NCBI GenBank assembly: GCA_964016885.1
Contig: OZ024742.1
Location: 119,288,001 to 119,352,000 of the forward strand
DNA length: 64,000 nt
Direction: 5' to 3'
Origin: Eledone cirrhosa
Lineage: Eukaryota
The position numbers were made by a program, and so were the translations under genes. Position 1 is the stretch's first letter. Every line of letters starts with the position of its first letter. The notes beneath the pieces are model-generated. The model saw nothing but the letters and a program-made list of their open reading frames with translations, had not been told where the DNA came from and ran no database searches. Below are positions 41,301 through 56,135 of the stretch, piece by piece.

Positions 41301-44300
41301 CAAAAATGTTCATCACAAAAGTCAACAACACCACAATCATCAAAACAAATACTAGTTTCAAAACAATTGTAAAATAATTCAAAATACACACCCAATAAAA
41401 TAATTACAATCTTAACTACACAGCAGAATAAAGATTAAGATTTCAAGCATAATTTTTCAATATTTTGCAGAAATACTAACAGAAATTTTAACAGAAATAC
41501 TAACTCAACATCAAGCAAAACAAATAAGGAATTAACGAAGATAAAATAAACCACAGAAAACGAGAAACTGCCAAATTATTTTATCTAACACAAACCCCCA
41601 AACAAACCTTATAAAAAGTTTGCTAGCATCAATTGCTGTAACAAATATCACATAGTGTCACACGCTAAAATAACATTTTAAAGTAATATCGTCATAACCT
41701 ACTAATAACTTCCTTATCACAAAACATTTTTCCAGAACCAGTCGCCAAATTCCACAGAAATTAAAACAGAAAAAAAAAACAAAAAAAAACTACGAAACTC
41801 ATTATCTACTTAAACTATGACCGTCAACCTTCTGTAAATCAAATACCACAAAAACAATCGAAATATTTAGAAACGCAACAGTTTCAGAATGCGGTGAATT
41901 TAAAGATATATCTAAAACATTCTAGATACCAATCCTACCAAATGTTCAAAATTCGAAATTTAGGCAAAATTATAGTATTAATAAATTCGACCCCCCCCCC
42001 CCCCCCCCGAATGAAGAGTATCGTTACACAAACTCATCACTCATATATACATATTTTCAACATTTCTAGAAAGGATCATATTAGATGTCACCAACTGTAT
42101 TTATGATTTTCTAACTAAAATCATAGAATCTTACTACACTCAAACTTGAAACACAAATATACACAACTTCTTACGAAACAACACATTTTACCTGTACTAT
42201 TTTAACGGCTTTGCTGAAGCTTTAGCAAACATTTTGATTTTATCAATTACAAGGAAAATAATATTGAACAGGCCTCCAGGTAGGTGGAAATGACAAACAT
42301 ATTCTAAACGCAAGTTCTAAAGGGATTATTGTACTCACCAATATCTACGACAATTCTTATGTAAAAACCAGTAAGAGACCTTCTACGTGGTTGTCTAACC
42401 TGCCAGATATAACTCTCTCTCTTTATCGAATGACATCCTACTGTCTTAAACAAAGGAAGAACACAGATAAAGTATCCATGGATAAATAAAATACGGCATA
42501 GAGCGCATCGATCAGGGTTGATCTAGGGTGAAACAACAACCACTTTTATATACAAATTACTATACACCTTAAGAAACAACACAACGCTGCCTAACAAAAC
42601 TCCCCCAGTCTATCCAATAAACAACGATAACATATCTAGAATCTGTAACATCCCAAACGGTGTTTTACTCGTTTCTGTCCTTTTACACCTTATTCTAACT
42701 TATAAATATACAGCTATACCATACATTCACAAAATATACAGCCTTATACCCAGCTAACATACCACTCATGTCCTCTTATAGTTTCGAATTTTGTTTGAAA
42801 ACCAAAGAAGATCAGATGCACTAAACGCATCATACTTAACTGCATAAACATATCATCACAGAAGACATAAAAGTTACCGTAAATAAAGAAAGCAAAATAA
42901 CACACAGAAATATTTCACAAGGAAACAACACCAGTGTAAAGTAAATGTAGGAAATCCTTCCTAGAATATCCCAAAAGGTAGGGAAGCAGTCTGTCCACAA
43001 TAGAATACAATATATACAAAATGATGTTTCACATGATCATAAGCTGGTTGCATATAGACCACATTCATAGAGAACTTGTACAATGAAACACAAATAATTA
43101 AGATGAAAACCCCCTAGATATGGAAGTAACATGTTTTTTTTGTGCATAATAACCACAAAACGTTGTTATATTTGGGGAGGGTCATGCTGTTCTAATATTG
43201 CCAGAAAAATATAGTAAAACACACTCACTGTTTGGCTTGGTTTTCGCTTCAGTATATCTTTATATTTCTATAAATAATTTAGCTGGCAATCAATGTCTAT
43301 CATTGATTGACCAAAAATTAAACATGACACCTCCCCAAATATAACAATATCTGCTTCAACACACGATTTCATATCAAAAATCTTGCAAAACAAATACATC
43401 GCCGCCACAACCACAAAACAACAAAAACATTTAAAAAACACTAGAATACTATACATCGCCATCTTGGTCCAGACAAATATAAAAACACATACACAAATAT
43501 TACATCATCATCAATAACCTCATTATATTTTGGATGTACAGTACTAATGATAATAGTAGGGGAAAACAAATGATTCCAAGTAAGTCAACCATGCCACGCA
43601 CTTCCGCTGTGGCTAACTCCGAAGCTTACACGGATATAGGAACAGACTGGATAACATACACGTTATTGTACAAACAACATACTAGTACACCACCTTATAT
43701 AATGAATAGCCGTGCATAGTATGGTGCTCATCTAGGAGGAAGAATTGTATCTGGATAATTTGATAAGTCCACAATGTATAGTCGTTTGACTGAACATACA
43801 CGAGCTCAATGGAAGCTGATTTAGAACTAAAAACCATCACCACCACCAACATAGTCTTTTGACTGAACACATACGAGTTAAATAGAAGTATATCCAGAAC
43901 TTACACTTTGCTAAGTTCTCAAACCTAGGTTTTGACATTTCTTGCTCTGACCACATTAAGAAAATTACTAAACCTGCATTTTTCACTACATAGTTTACAC
44001 TCACCCATGCCAAATCATGTGACAGACCATAACACCATATAACGATCTTTATCGCTTTGGGTATTTTCTCAACGCTGCTATGCAGCAAATATACTTATTT
44101 ATCTATTGCTTATATATAAATATATTTATTTTTCATCTAATTATACAAATTTGTATAAAACTGTGATCCTTTAAAGTTCAGTAACGCTCTATGTGGCTGC
44201 CAAAGTAGCATTAATGGTAGTATCGACTCTGCTTATAATCGTTACTCTTTCCTTACATTCATCTCTTCCCTACCAAAAAGAGTTTTCTTTCATTTATATA

Positions 44301-46009
44301 AAAACACTTTTATGGTTAGTAATTGTGAGTTTATTCGACTTAAATGCACCGTGAGTGAATTACTACGTAACACATAAACCATTTATCCAGTTTACGCCCG
44401 CTAGTGAATGTTATTACGTCACGGTGTAATTAAGCTTAATAAAACTAATGAAACTTGTCATCTTTGAAGAATATTGTTATTAAATACAAAGTTTAAATGG
44501 ACAACGTTACTATAATGCATATTTTCAGTTAGTTGTTTATCAAAGTTAAATTCTTCTATCGTTCGTTCTCTGTAAATTAGATTATTAGCGGAGTGATGCT
44601 CATACATCTAATTAAGAAGAGAAATTTAATTAAATGCTTCTGATAATCTGTATAAACATTAACATACCATTTTACCACTTTAACTACATTTTACACATAG
44701 TTGAAATACTGCAGCGTGAGGAAAATGGATAACGTAGCAGAATACAGGATTCCAACTAGATAGCGTACATACTATACGTTATCTAATTGGAATATTTGTT
44801 ACTTCATTTTGGAAAAAAGGATGCCACATTCTCCGCCTCTAACATTGTCAATTCGGTCACAAATCCAAATATCTTGCCCACCGTTGACCAGAAAATCTTT
44901 TTTATTTTCTCCAAATCTTAGGTTTATCTCAGCTGGACACATATCGAATTTGAAGGTATTCAATTAAAAAATTATGTCTAGAAACTAATTAGAAGTGTTT
45001 GGTCGTGGTTTTATTGATCCATGAGAAGAAGTTGTGAATAACCACTGTTTCATATTGTCGATGATACTGGCTAAAACTGACTAGACCGAAGCCTTTAATA
45101 GAATAATTCGAAAGCAATTCCATGCAGCTCTTCTGAGTTCATAAGGAGCTTTAGTAGCATAAAAGTTATCATTTATCGTGATAGAACGGAGGACTACATT
45201 TTTAATTAATTATGTGAGCAACCAAATGTGTATCAAACATAAAAGACACGTAGGGAAAGACAAAGAGTAGAAGAGATATTGAACAAATTTGTCCACGCTT
45301 CGTCATAAGTCACAGGAAATATCACTCTCTTTAAGTATATGTCGAAATCGAACATACACTTTTGTGCACGCGTACGAAACAAATGCAAATGACATATTCT
45401 TACACACTTTAAATGCATGTACCTGGACAGAACTGGAATAGAAAACATTGTGAGAAATTTAAAGTGTTCAATAGTAAAATGTCATCACTTGAATTGAAAA
45501 TATTTTAGAAAAATGAAAGAGCATACTACTAAAAAGTCAATAAACAATAATAGGAAGCTTAACTTATATTTTTCTAATTGAATCTTGATACCTCTAAAAA
45601 TGTGGGTTCCTGGCACCTGCCTAGCGTTCCCATGCAGAGAAGCAGTCTGACAATAGTACAATAACATACTTCTAAACTTCTGGAATGCTCATTATATTAA
45701 AGTAAAAAACATTATAATTCTGCTGTTATTAAAAGGTTACATTATATCAACGAAATACTTTATGAATGTATATATGTAATAGAAAAAAACTCATGTAAAT
45801 TTAAACCTGATTTTACTCTAAACCTGATTTAAAGTATTTAACAACAGTGAGTACTGACATCCAAGTGAGGGGAACATCTGCTACCCTGTAAAAAATGAGC
45901 GAGAGTGGCTATCATTTTCGATGTTAAAAAGATGTGATAATGCCACGTGAGCGACGATGCGGTATGAATGCTTTTATTGCATCTTATCATATTGCAGTTT
46001 TTGTTTGTG

Positions 46010-46795
46010 TGTGTGTTCGGATAAGTGGTGGTAAGTCGAAGCTATTCAATGTAAGTGTCGGACTCCACCAAGGGCGCATGCTGTCACTTCTCCTGTTCAT
46101 AATATTTATGAACAGAATTGACATGCACTGCCAGGTTGGAAGTGGTATTGAGGCTGGCGGGTGTGGGATCAATCGTCTGGAATATGCTGACGACATGGCA
46201 CTGCTTTACTCGTTGGAAGGTGATCTCCGACATGCACTTGATAGATTTGCTACTGAGTGCTGTACGGTAGGAATGTAAATCAGTGCTGCGAAGACTGTGA
46301 CATTCGTCCTCTCAAGGATGCCTGCGCAGTGCTCTATTCATGTGAGTGGAGTTCCACTGAAGCAGGCGGAGACCTTTAAGTAGCTCAGGGTCATTTTCAT
46401 GAATGAGGGAAGGCAGGAGGTTGAGTTGAGTGCAACAATTGCAAGAACTGATGCAGTAATTGATGCATTCAGTCACCAGAAGAAGAGCGGTAGGTGTAAA
46501 AGTCAAACTCGCTATCTTCACTTCGGTATTCATGCCAACAGAATCTTGGGTAATAACCAAAAGAATACGAACGCGAATATAAGCGGCCAAAATGAGATTC
46601 TCCCGAAGGGTCTTTGCAGTAAAGTTACTCTATAGAATACGTAGCTCGGATATCAGAGAGTCGCTCCAGTTAGAGTCACTACTTCTCCTAATTGAGAGAT
46701 CACAACTCCGATAATATAGACATGTGGTCAGAATGTCTAGGGAAAGAATCGCTGGACAGATTTTACGAGTGAAACCAACCGACAGGAGACCCAAA
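46010..46795 (+). pseudogene. RTE-clade LINE RT/3' fragment
   Basis: FNVSVGLHQG..LS.LLFIIFM, LEYADDMALL, ETFK*L; contains stops and frameshifts. Confidence 0.85.
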
Positions 46796-48030
46796 GATCC
46801 AAACCAGAAGATTTAACCCTTGTGCAGTTAGTCATTGCATCCCATATTTCAACGGCTGTTATCAGCCTTTCACAAGACCCCACCTTCATTGTCGAGAGCC
46901 GCGACAGGCCGTCGAGGTAGGTATTGAAGTTCATCTCGTAATTCGTCCCGCCACTATTTCCGAACAGTTGAGCAAAGTGTAGCTGAAAGGCCGCACACAT
47001 CCACTTAGGATTGAGTAACATGTTCTTGTTATGGTGAGCCAGAGACCAGATTGTGGCTTCGTTGCCACACTGCGCCCCGCCACTTGGGCCCATTGAACGG
47101 CTTTCAGCTCTTCGTGTCTATGAGCGCTTCGTCTATCTTTCAAACTAGTTTTCTTTCTGCTTCTTTTTTCTCTCTATCGCTGCAGCGTTACTGAACCTAA
47201 TGGATTTTATTTTAATTTCCCTTTTCAAGACGAACCATCATTTTTTGTTAATGACTGTCCTCGTCAACGCCCGTTTAACCAATTCACTAATCTGGTGTCT
47301 GTAGGCTTTGCGCGCCGGGAGCGACGCGTTGTTTCCAGTAGCCGAGTCCCTGTCTATGGAGCCTATCTAGATCGACCACGCAGATCACAATTTGTTGTCC
47401 GTGTAGTCGAATAGCTTGAATTGTGGGCAACCTATGCTAGACTTATGTAATTTTCTACAAAATATCCTATCTAGCTACGATCTGGATGACCCAATGCGGT
47501 TAGTCCATGTCCACATTGGAACCTTCGGGAAATTCTGTCGGTATTTGTGAGACAGTTGAAAGCGTATGGACAGGTTTGCGAGACTTTTACACCCTCCTCC
47601 CCTATCCGCTAGTCTCACACAGTCCCAGCATGCATCCAAAATCCTGTTCCATTCCCCTACAAACACTAAACAGCAAGACATTTCTAGGAAGGTTTCCAGG
47701 CACTCTAAAAAAATCAGACCTCCTTGCCCCTGTCGGAGCATTGACGGCCACTAACCTGAAAGTGTGCCCTTCGCTGCTGGTCACGTTCAGCACCAGCAAC
47801 CTACCTTCTAGGTCTAGGAAAATGGCCCGTGCCGCGAGATCCAGACCTCTCCGAAACAACATAGTTACTCCGTCTTCAGATCCCGAACGGCTTCGTACAC
47901 ATCGTAGCCGTTAAAAACGGGTGCATGGCCTCTAGCCTCGGAAATTCTGGTCTCACTCATTGCCACCACATCTATGTTCAGTGACCTGAGGTCGTTGAGT
48001 AGGTGACTCTGTTTCCGTGGTGACCCCTGG
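46796..48030 (-). pseudogene. Tx1/L1 ORF2 5' fragment (APE endonuclease), related to the element at 1-2213
   Basis: LLNDLRSLNIDVVAMSETR, EGRLLVL..VNAP, WTWTNRIGSSRS, MCAAFQLHFAQLF..KSSGLD. Confidence 0.85.
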
Positions 48031-48085
48031 TCTTGTTGTTGTTCCCGTTGTTGTTGTGGTTGCTGTGGTTGTTGTTGTGGTTGTC

Positions 48086-48119
<34 letters not shown>

Positions 48120-48336
48120 TAATTATAATAATAATAATACTTTTTTAATAACCACAAGGGTTTACATAAAGTAGACATTAAGGACAGTACAGGACAATAC
48201 AGGACGGTACAAATGGGCATTTCTGCAAGTGCCCTCTCCCAGTTTTCCACCTTTAATTTACAGACACATACTCAGAGTAGGCCCATTCACTCGGGCCATT
48301 CTTGCCTCTCTCACCCATCTTTCAACAAAATGCTGG

Positions 48337-48393
<57 letters not shown>

Positions 48394-49574
48394 GAAGAAG
48401 AAGAAGAAGAAAGGATTCAGCTACACACGGTGTGTGTGTCGGCGGTGAGTTTATGTTCAAATTTTGTTTTTATTTCGACGATTCCGTTGACACATTTCTT
48501 TCAGAGATGGATCGAGCAAATAACATTTTCAAATTTCCAAAGTAAAAATTTCTCATGAGCTGCACGTTTATTAAAAATGGTGAAGAGAAAGAAGTATTGA
48601 TAGTAATACCCCCCCCCCCCTCTCTCTGTTAAAATAGCTTGACAATTTTTATAGCAGCAGCGACTTCAAAGAAAAGACAACATCAATCTATTTATATTCG
48701 GATGTTGCTGACCTTGAACTGGCCACGAGGCGGTAGCTCAGACAGAGACAATAGACAAAAAAAGTAAACAGCAGAAATTAATAACAATAACAACAAAACT
48801 AGAAAGGATAGCCACAAGAACAAAAATAACAGCAATAATAGTGAGATAATAAAATTAATAATAATAGTAATAATTGTTTCTACTTTTGGCACAAGGCCAG
48901 CAATTACCCCAGTGCTTTATTTTATTGACCCCGTAAGGATGAAAAGCAAAGCTAACCTCGGCGTGATTTGAACGCAGAACGTAAAGGGCCATAACTCTGT
49001 GCTGCAAGGCATGGTGTCTGATTCTCTACCGATACTGATGATGGTGGTGGTAATGATTTATTTATTAACCCTAAAGGGTTTACATGAAGAACAAAGTAAC
49101 GACAGGGCTAATAATTGTTTCTACTTTAGGCACAAGGCCAGCAATTACCCAGTTCATTACTGGTACTTTATTTTATCGACCCCGTAAGGATGAAAGGCAA
49201 AGTTAACCTCGGCGAGATTTGGATTCACATCATAAAGGGCCGTAACTCTATGCTGCAAAGCATGGTGTCCGATTCTCTATTGATACTGCCAATCCACCAC
49301 CCTTAATAATGGTTTCTCATTTAGGCACAAGGCCAACAATTTGGGGGAAAAGGAAAGTCGAGTAAATCGACCCCAGTGCATTACTGGTACTTTATTTTAT
49401 CGACCCCGTAAGGATGAAAGGCAAAGTTAACTTCAGCAGGATTTGAACTCAGTTACGATGTCTCATATGCTTATATACTCAGAACGTAACTCTATGCAAC
49501 CAAGCATATTGTCCGACGCTCTACCGACACTGCCAACCCACCGACAGGGCTAATAATAATAAAACCCGTTGCCA

Positions 49575-51366
49575 AAAAATAACTGGCTGGCATCCGGTGG
49601 GGAGTAGCTGTGTCTCATGGACAGGACGAGCTCACTAATCATGGTTAATAATCGTTTTAGAGGTGGTATCTTGAACAAAATTACCTCTTGGGAGTGAAGG
49701 ATGAAACACATAAAGAAACAAAAAAGCTCCACAATGTCTTCAGACAAAAACACATACCGGATCAGTCGTCGCTCGCGTCAACAAGGGATGCGACTTTCAG
49801 AGAGGAATTAGCCTAGGATCGAAAAATCTACAGCCGAGACGAAATCTTCTCCTAATCCGGACAGGAATGGTCACTTGAACCAGAAAAATCTCCCCACAAG
49901 CCCTTCAAGTTCAGCACCATAAGAAAGACTAAAAAACTGGACTCGAGAAGAGTATAAAGAAGTGATATACGCATTCTACCACTCATTAGGCAAACCATCG
50001 GAATCTAAACACACAGTAAATTCTTTTAGGGTATGGAGGGAAAGAAATCCAAAAGGAGACTAAACCTGGACGAAAACAAACTTCCAAATGTAAGAAAAGA
50101 TATTCTTAGAAACAAAAGACTAACAGATGCAGAGTTACCGGAAAGTGCGTGCTGTCTTGAAACCTGAGCTCAACTCAAAGAATAAACTATCTTTCATAAA
50201 TGCCCTTGAAATCCCAGTTGTCACCTACAGTTTCAATATTATAAACTGGAAAGTTAATGAAATAAAGAAAATGAACCAAAATCAGGAAACTTCTGACTTG
50301 TAATAAACTACATCACTCAAAACCATATGGGGATTGCTTCTATCTCCAAACGAAGGTAGAAGAATGATCAAGCTTGAGCTCTCATGCAAAGTGTCAACCA
50401 TTGCACTCGATCAGTATCTTAACAGGTAACTGGATGATGAAGATAGTTGCAGATCATGAGAAGAAGAGGTTACATTCAGTCACAAATGAAAGTAGGAAGT
50501 TTGCGGAAGAATTGGGAATACATTTTAAAAATGATGGTGATTCTGCAATTAAAGCCGCAAAGAAGATCAAAATGTTGGCAAAACACGAAGACTCTCAACG
50601 GAGACTGTGCACTAATTGGGAGCAAAAACCACAGCGTGGCTAATATGTTCTCCATAGAAAAAAATCTGATGTAGATCAAACTCTCACCAATCAGTGGCTG
50701 CGGAGTTCTGGGCTAAAGGCAAAGAGTGAGTGCTTCATTTTGATTGCACAAGATCAGTGTCTTTCAACGCGCAACTTTCAAACCAATATGATCAGAAATG
50801 AAATTGACCCAATGTGTTGATTCTGCGATGAGCATGTTGAGACTATAGACTATCTGGTTGCAAGTTGTAAGGTATTAGCTCCCCAGGAATATAAAATAAG
50901 GCATGATAGAGTGAGGAAATATTTACACTGGGTAATATGCAGCTTTTATGGTATAAAAACAGAGGGAAAATAGTACAATCATCAACCAGATGAACAGGTG
51001 AGAATCCTCTGGAATTTCCATGTGAACATTTACAGAACAATCAATACTAATAGATCTGATATAATCGTGAAGGACCATAAAGAGAAAGCACGTTTCTTAA
51101 TTGACATTAGCATTCCATCATATCGTAACAACTCCTCGAAAGAGTTCGGAAACCTCAGTAAATGTAAAGATCTATCAATTGAAATCGAGAAAATGTAGCA
51201 TCTTAAAGCCCGTTCAATACCAGTGATAGTCGGCGCACTTAGAATGGTTAAAAAAAGAAATTGAAAAATAATTGGACCAGATACTTGGAAAGCCATCTCT
51301 GCAAGAGATTCCGAAAATAGTGCTGACTGGCACTGTCAGTATCCTGAGAAGGGCATTATCAATTTA
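49575..51366 (+). mobile_element. Internally deleted, decayed R4-clade element (5' end retained)
   Basis: WTREEYKEV..WRERNP N-terminus; INALEIPVVTYSFNIINW; LIAQDQCL, C*FC..ETIDYLVASC, RHD, NRSDII, IPVIVGAL. Confidence 0.8.
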
Positions 51367-51752
51367 AAAACCTTGCAAAGACATTTACTGTTGCTTATTC
51401 CCTTGTGACATCATTTGTATGACAATTGATTGTAAAATGTATGTATTACCAAATGTTTCCTCATGTTGACACATGGCAAGATATAGGAAAGAAGCAGAAT
51501 TCCGAGGAAGTCTAAAGGAAAATAATGAGAGGAAGAAGACGAATCTGATAATGCCACAAATTCCCAAATCTTCTAAGTTTATACACCAGCATTACATCAG
51601 TAGTTCATCTGAAATAAAAAGAACCCCAAAATTAATGTCTCACATTTCGTTTAGGGGTGAAAATTAAAAAGGTTTCATTACATTTAGCAATTTTAAATTT
51701 AGATTTATTTGAAACAGTGAGGGAGCGCTGTTCCAACAGCACCACGCCTTTT

Positions 51753-51829
<77 letters not shown>

Positions 51830-51959
51830 ATTTATCATATATTATCTTGATACATAAATCGGAATATGATACCTTCATTAATCAAACATAAACTTAAATA
51901 TATAAATATTTAGACACTTTATAGAGCACATGCCTCCTCCGTCACATCACTTCCTAGTG

Positions 51960-53720
51960 AAGCCGGATATGAGAAACGCTTTCAACAGCGTTGTGCTGGG
52001 TCACTTCTTACCGACGTGTCTTAGATGAACCCCCTCAATTTTCTCTCTTGCTCACCTCTCATTGGGAATACCCAGCATACTCATAGCTGCTGACAACAAG
52101 GTTATTTCCACTTCGGGTGTCCAGCAAGGAGATCCACTCGACCAGTTTCACTTTGCGCTGGCAGTCGATGACATTACCCGGTCTTCTCGGTCGCCTTTCA
52201 ATCTCTACTACCCGGACGATGCGACCCTTGGTGGCCCGGCTAAGTCGGTAATTAAAGACCTTCGGCTAATCATCCCAGCACCTTGGCCTTGAAATCAACC
52301 CACTCGAGTCCGAGGTGATAAACGTTAGCTATGGTGAGGTCGAATTCCACGAGGCCGTACGCAGCATCCACCACGTCTTGTTCGGGGGTAAGCTAATGCT
52401 CAGAGACGCTACCTGCATTCTCAGATCTCCAATTATCCCGAAAGCCATATGAGAGTGCTCGGAGACCAAGCACGCAGACCTGTCGAAGATGCTGGAGAGA
52501 TTGCACCTTATTGACGTGCACCAAGCGCTCTTCCTCCCAAGGAACTGCTTCACCCTTCCTTAATTATTCTTCACACTGCGCGGTGCACCTTGTTACCTTC
52601 ACTCAGATCACCTCAGTGAACCCAGTGCCACCATCCGACGCTGTGCAGGACTCATCTGCAATGTTAGTTTCGACCGTACCGGCAGGCAACAGGTGAAACT
52701 TCCTGTGAGGTTTGGTGGCTTCAGCCTCCGATCCACATCGGATCTAGCACTGTCAGCTTACCTTTCCTCTATCTCCTCCAGTCACACTCTCATCAGCGAG
52801 TTCCTCAGCAAGACGACAAGAATAGCGCGGGCCCTGACCGACTGTATCGGCAAAGGAATCTCCGTCCCCCTGTATACTAATGTCCAACGTAACTAGGATG
52901 ACATCAAGTGCCAGTCAACCTTCAAGCAGATCGAGTCTGGTTTTGATAAACATCGCCTCGCTTGCCTCCGTTCCGTTTCATAGCCTAACAACGGCGCGTG
53001 CCCTTCTTGATGACGACTGCACTCGCATTGGAGTGGCCCAACTCCTTGGCCTCCACGTGGGTGATCCACACAAATGTCGTTGTGGAGCTGTCGTAGACGA
53101 GTTCGGCCTGCATCCACTATCATATCACCAGAGTGCAGCTCGCTTCCCACGAATTGCCGATCTCAACGAGAAGGAACCTAAACGCAGCTGGCTTCTGGTC
53201 ACAACTGGAACCAGCAGACTTCGACTTAGCCTCTTCTTATTGGAAGGAGGTAAATCCCACATCTGGGATGCGATATGGTGTGACACGTTTTCTGCCTCCA
53301 ACTTGGTCGCTTCGTCCATAAACCCCGCGGTCTGCAATGCACAGGACAAGAAGACAAGCAAATACTGGGGCTTGTCTGGCATCTTCTTCTTTGCATCAGT
53401 CACCATCGAGACCTCAGGCGACCTCGGACCCTGTAATGCTGACTTCTTTAGTAAAATCGGAACGACGGCAGCCCGTCTGAGGAAGGAGCCTCGCGTGTCG
53501 CTTACCATGACTGCGGGGCGCAGCTGAAACAGTACTCTGACCTAGGTGGAGCGTCTGTCACCCTCACTCCTTCCTCCTTTCTTTCTCCCGTTGCCTAATT
53601 GCCCTTGCTCATTCCTTCCTTTTTCTCTCATTTATGTCATTTATAGTCGTTTCTAAAACTGTTTTCTTTTTCTGTATGATTAAATATAAAATTCTTTAAT
53701 CCTTGTTAAAAAAAAATAAA
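51960..53720 (+). mobile_element. CRE-clade non-LTR retrotransposon, decayed (RT + RLE), with A-tail
   Basis: DMRNAFNSV, SGVQQGDPL, YYPDDATL, LPVRFGGFSL, CRCG..HPL, WDA..DT, IETSG.LG; poly(A) at ~53708. Confidence 0.85.
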
Positions 53721-54087
53721 CACAATTTTAATACATCTTTTATACTAAAGTAAACTTAATCTTCCTTATTATGAACTGCTTACCATACACAAGTTATGCC
53801 TGTCTACTACAACAAGGGAGTAGAGGCAAAGAAAATAAAACAAAAACGTAAAACAGGAGGAGAGAATGTGTGTGAGAATGAGAGAATCAATTTTAAAAAT
53901 TAACAAAACAGTATAAAATCTAAAATGGAGAGACGTGGTATCTCTATCAACCTGACCCAATTGTATTGGCTGCTATATTATATGTAAAGAATGCTTACAG
54001 ACATACGTGTATACATGTGGGGATTAGTGGATAGATATTTAGGTGGAAATAAATAGAAGATGGTATGTACAAGCATGTGAGGGAAGA

Positions 54088-54119
<32 letters not shown>

Positions 54120-54147
54120 GGTGTATGTTTGTATATATACATATATA

Positions 54148-54478
54148 AAGTTGACCCCTGTATTCGCGGGAGTTACATACCTAGAGTACCCTCGAAGAGT
54201 GAAAAACCGCGAATATTTGACGAATATAAACGTCAAAAGATAACATAAAATATAGGTCGGCAAATACGGTATATTGTTATTAATGATATAGCGTTAAAAA
54301 GCGCGAAAAATAAAACATATATTGCCACGAAAAAGCCATAAAAAATTGCGGAAGATAGTTACGATTCTTCGAATATGCAGTAGTTTCCAGGAACAATTAT
54401 TTGTTAGCTTTTAAGGAAAATAGTCCGCGAATTCTGGGATCGGCAATGCCGGAACCGCGAATACCGAGGGTACACTGT
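54148..54478. mobile_element. Tigger-like MITE (inverted copy 57679-58022)
   Basis: Imperfect TIRs AGTTGACCCCTGTATTCGCGG / CCGCGAATACCGAGGGTACACTG. Confidence 0.7.
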
Positions 54479-54671
54479 GTGTGTACACACACACACACAC
54501 ACACATATATATATTTAATATATATTTAATCTCCCGAATGAAACAGTTCTAGTCCTGTAGAAGCCATTTCTATATTAAATATTTATACTCTGCTATGTAT
54601 TGAGTACCTTACTAACTGTGGTTACCCCCGATTGAACCCGGGATAAACTTATATATATATATATATATATA

Positions 54672-56135
54672 TACATTATAAAAAAAGAAGAAACATTAGA
54701 TATAAATAAAAATATATAATATACCTAAATTCCTTCATTATCCCCGACTACGTAGTTTCGTGGCTATTATGCAAAAACTTTACATCATAGAGATGCATTA
54801 TTTTTGTGAGGTTTGCCGACTTATCAAGGGGATACCTCATTTAGAGTTTCAAAAGACGTCCGTAGGACGCGAGATAAAATCTCGAAAGGCGGAGGGGGAA
54901 CTTATCACGTGATACAGCGGTCAAGAAACAGAGCTAAGCCTCTTACAATCAAGAGAAAAATACCACAAAAGGCGGAGGGGGTATTTATGTCAAGGCCGTA
55001 GAAGAGTTGGCTAGGAGGGCGAGAAGTGTGATTAGTGTAAGCTTAACAGCAGTCACTATACTTCAGTGGGTACTCTACCGTAGGGAGTTATAAACAATAC
55101 AAAGAAATACACAGACACATGCGAATACATACATATACATGCATATACCTACATATATCCCTGAATTTGTGTGGTGCCAACCTTAACCGTTGTTGCTCTA
55201 TGAATAATAGGGACAAAATAATCTGAATGGATTAGATTGATTCAATATCAGAGCTATATAATACATTATAAAGAAAGAAGAAACATTAGATATAAATAAA
55301 AAGATATAATATACCTAAATTCCTTCATTATCCTCGACTACTTGCTATTATGCAAAAACATTACATCATAGAGATGCAGTATTTTTGTGAGGTTTGCCGA
55401 CTTATCAAGAGGATACCTCATTAGAGTTTCAAATAATAGCCACGAAACTACGTAGTCGAGGATAATGAAGGAATTTAGGTATATTATATCTTTTTATTTA
55501 TATCTAATGTTTCTTCTTTCTTTATAATGTATTATATAGCTCTGATATTGAATCAATCTAATCCATTCAGATTATTTTGTCCCTATTATTCATAGAACAA
55601 CAACGGTTAAGGTTGGCACCACACAAATTCAGGGATATATGTAGGTATATGCATGTATATGTATGTATTCGCATGTGTCTGTGTATTTCTTTGTATTGTT
55701 TATAACTCCCTACGGTAGAGTACCCACTGAAGTATAGTGACTGCTGTTAAGCTTACACTAATCACACTTCTCGCCCTCCTAGCCAACTCTTCTACGGCCT
55801 TGACATAAATACCCCCTCCGCCTTTTGTGGTATTTTTCTCTTGGTTGTAAGAGGCTTAGCTCTGTTTCTTGACCGCTATATCACGTGATAAGTTCCCCCT
55901 CCTCCTTTCAGTATTCTATCTCGCGTCCTACAGAAGTGTTTTGAAACTCTAAATGATGTATCCTCTTGATAACTCGGCAAATCTCACAAAAACACTGCAT
56001 CTGATATTGAATCAATTTTGTCCCTATTATTCATAGAGCAACTAGGGTAAAGGATGGCACCACACAAATTCAGGGATATATGTGGGTATATGCATGTATA
56101 TGTATGTATTCGCATGTGTCTGTGTATTTCTTTGT

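Noticed and set aside
43700-44090. Possible CR1/L2 RT remnant
   Set aside because: Only faint motif echoes, too decayed to support.
48700-48750. HDV-like core CCGCCTCGTGG on the minus strand
   Set aside because: I could not find P1, P1.1 or P2 pairings.
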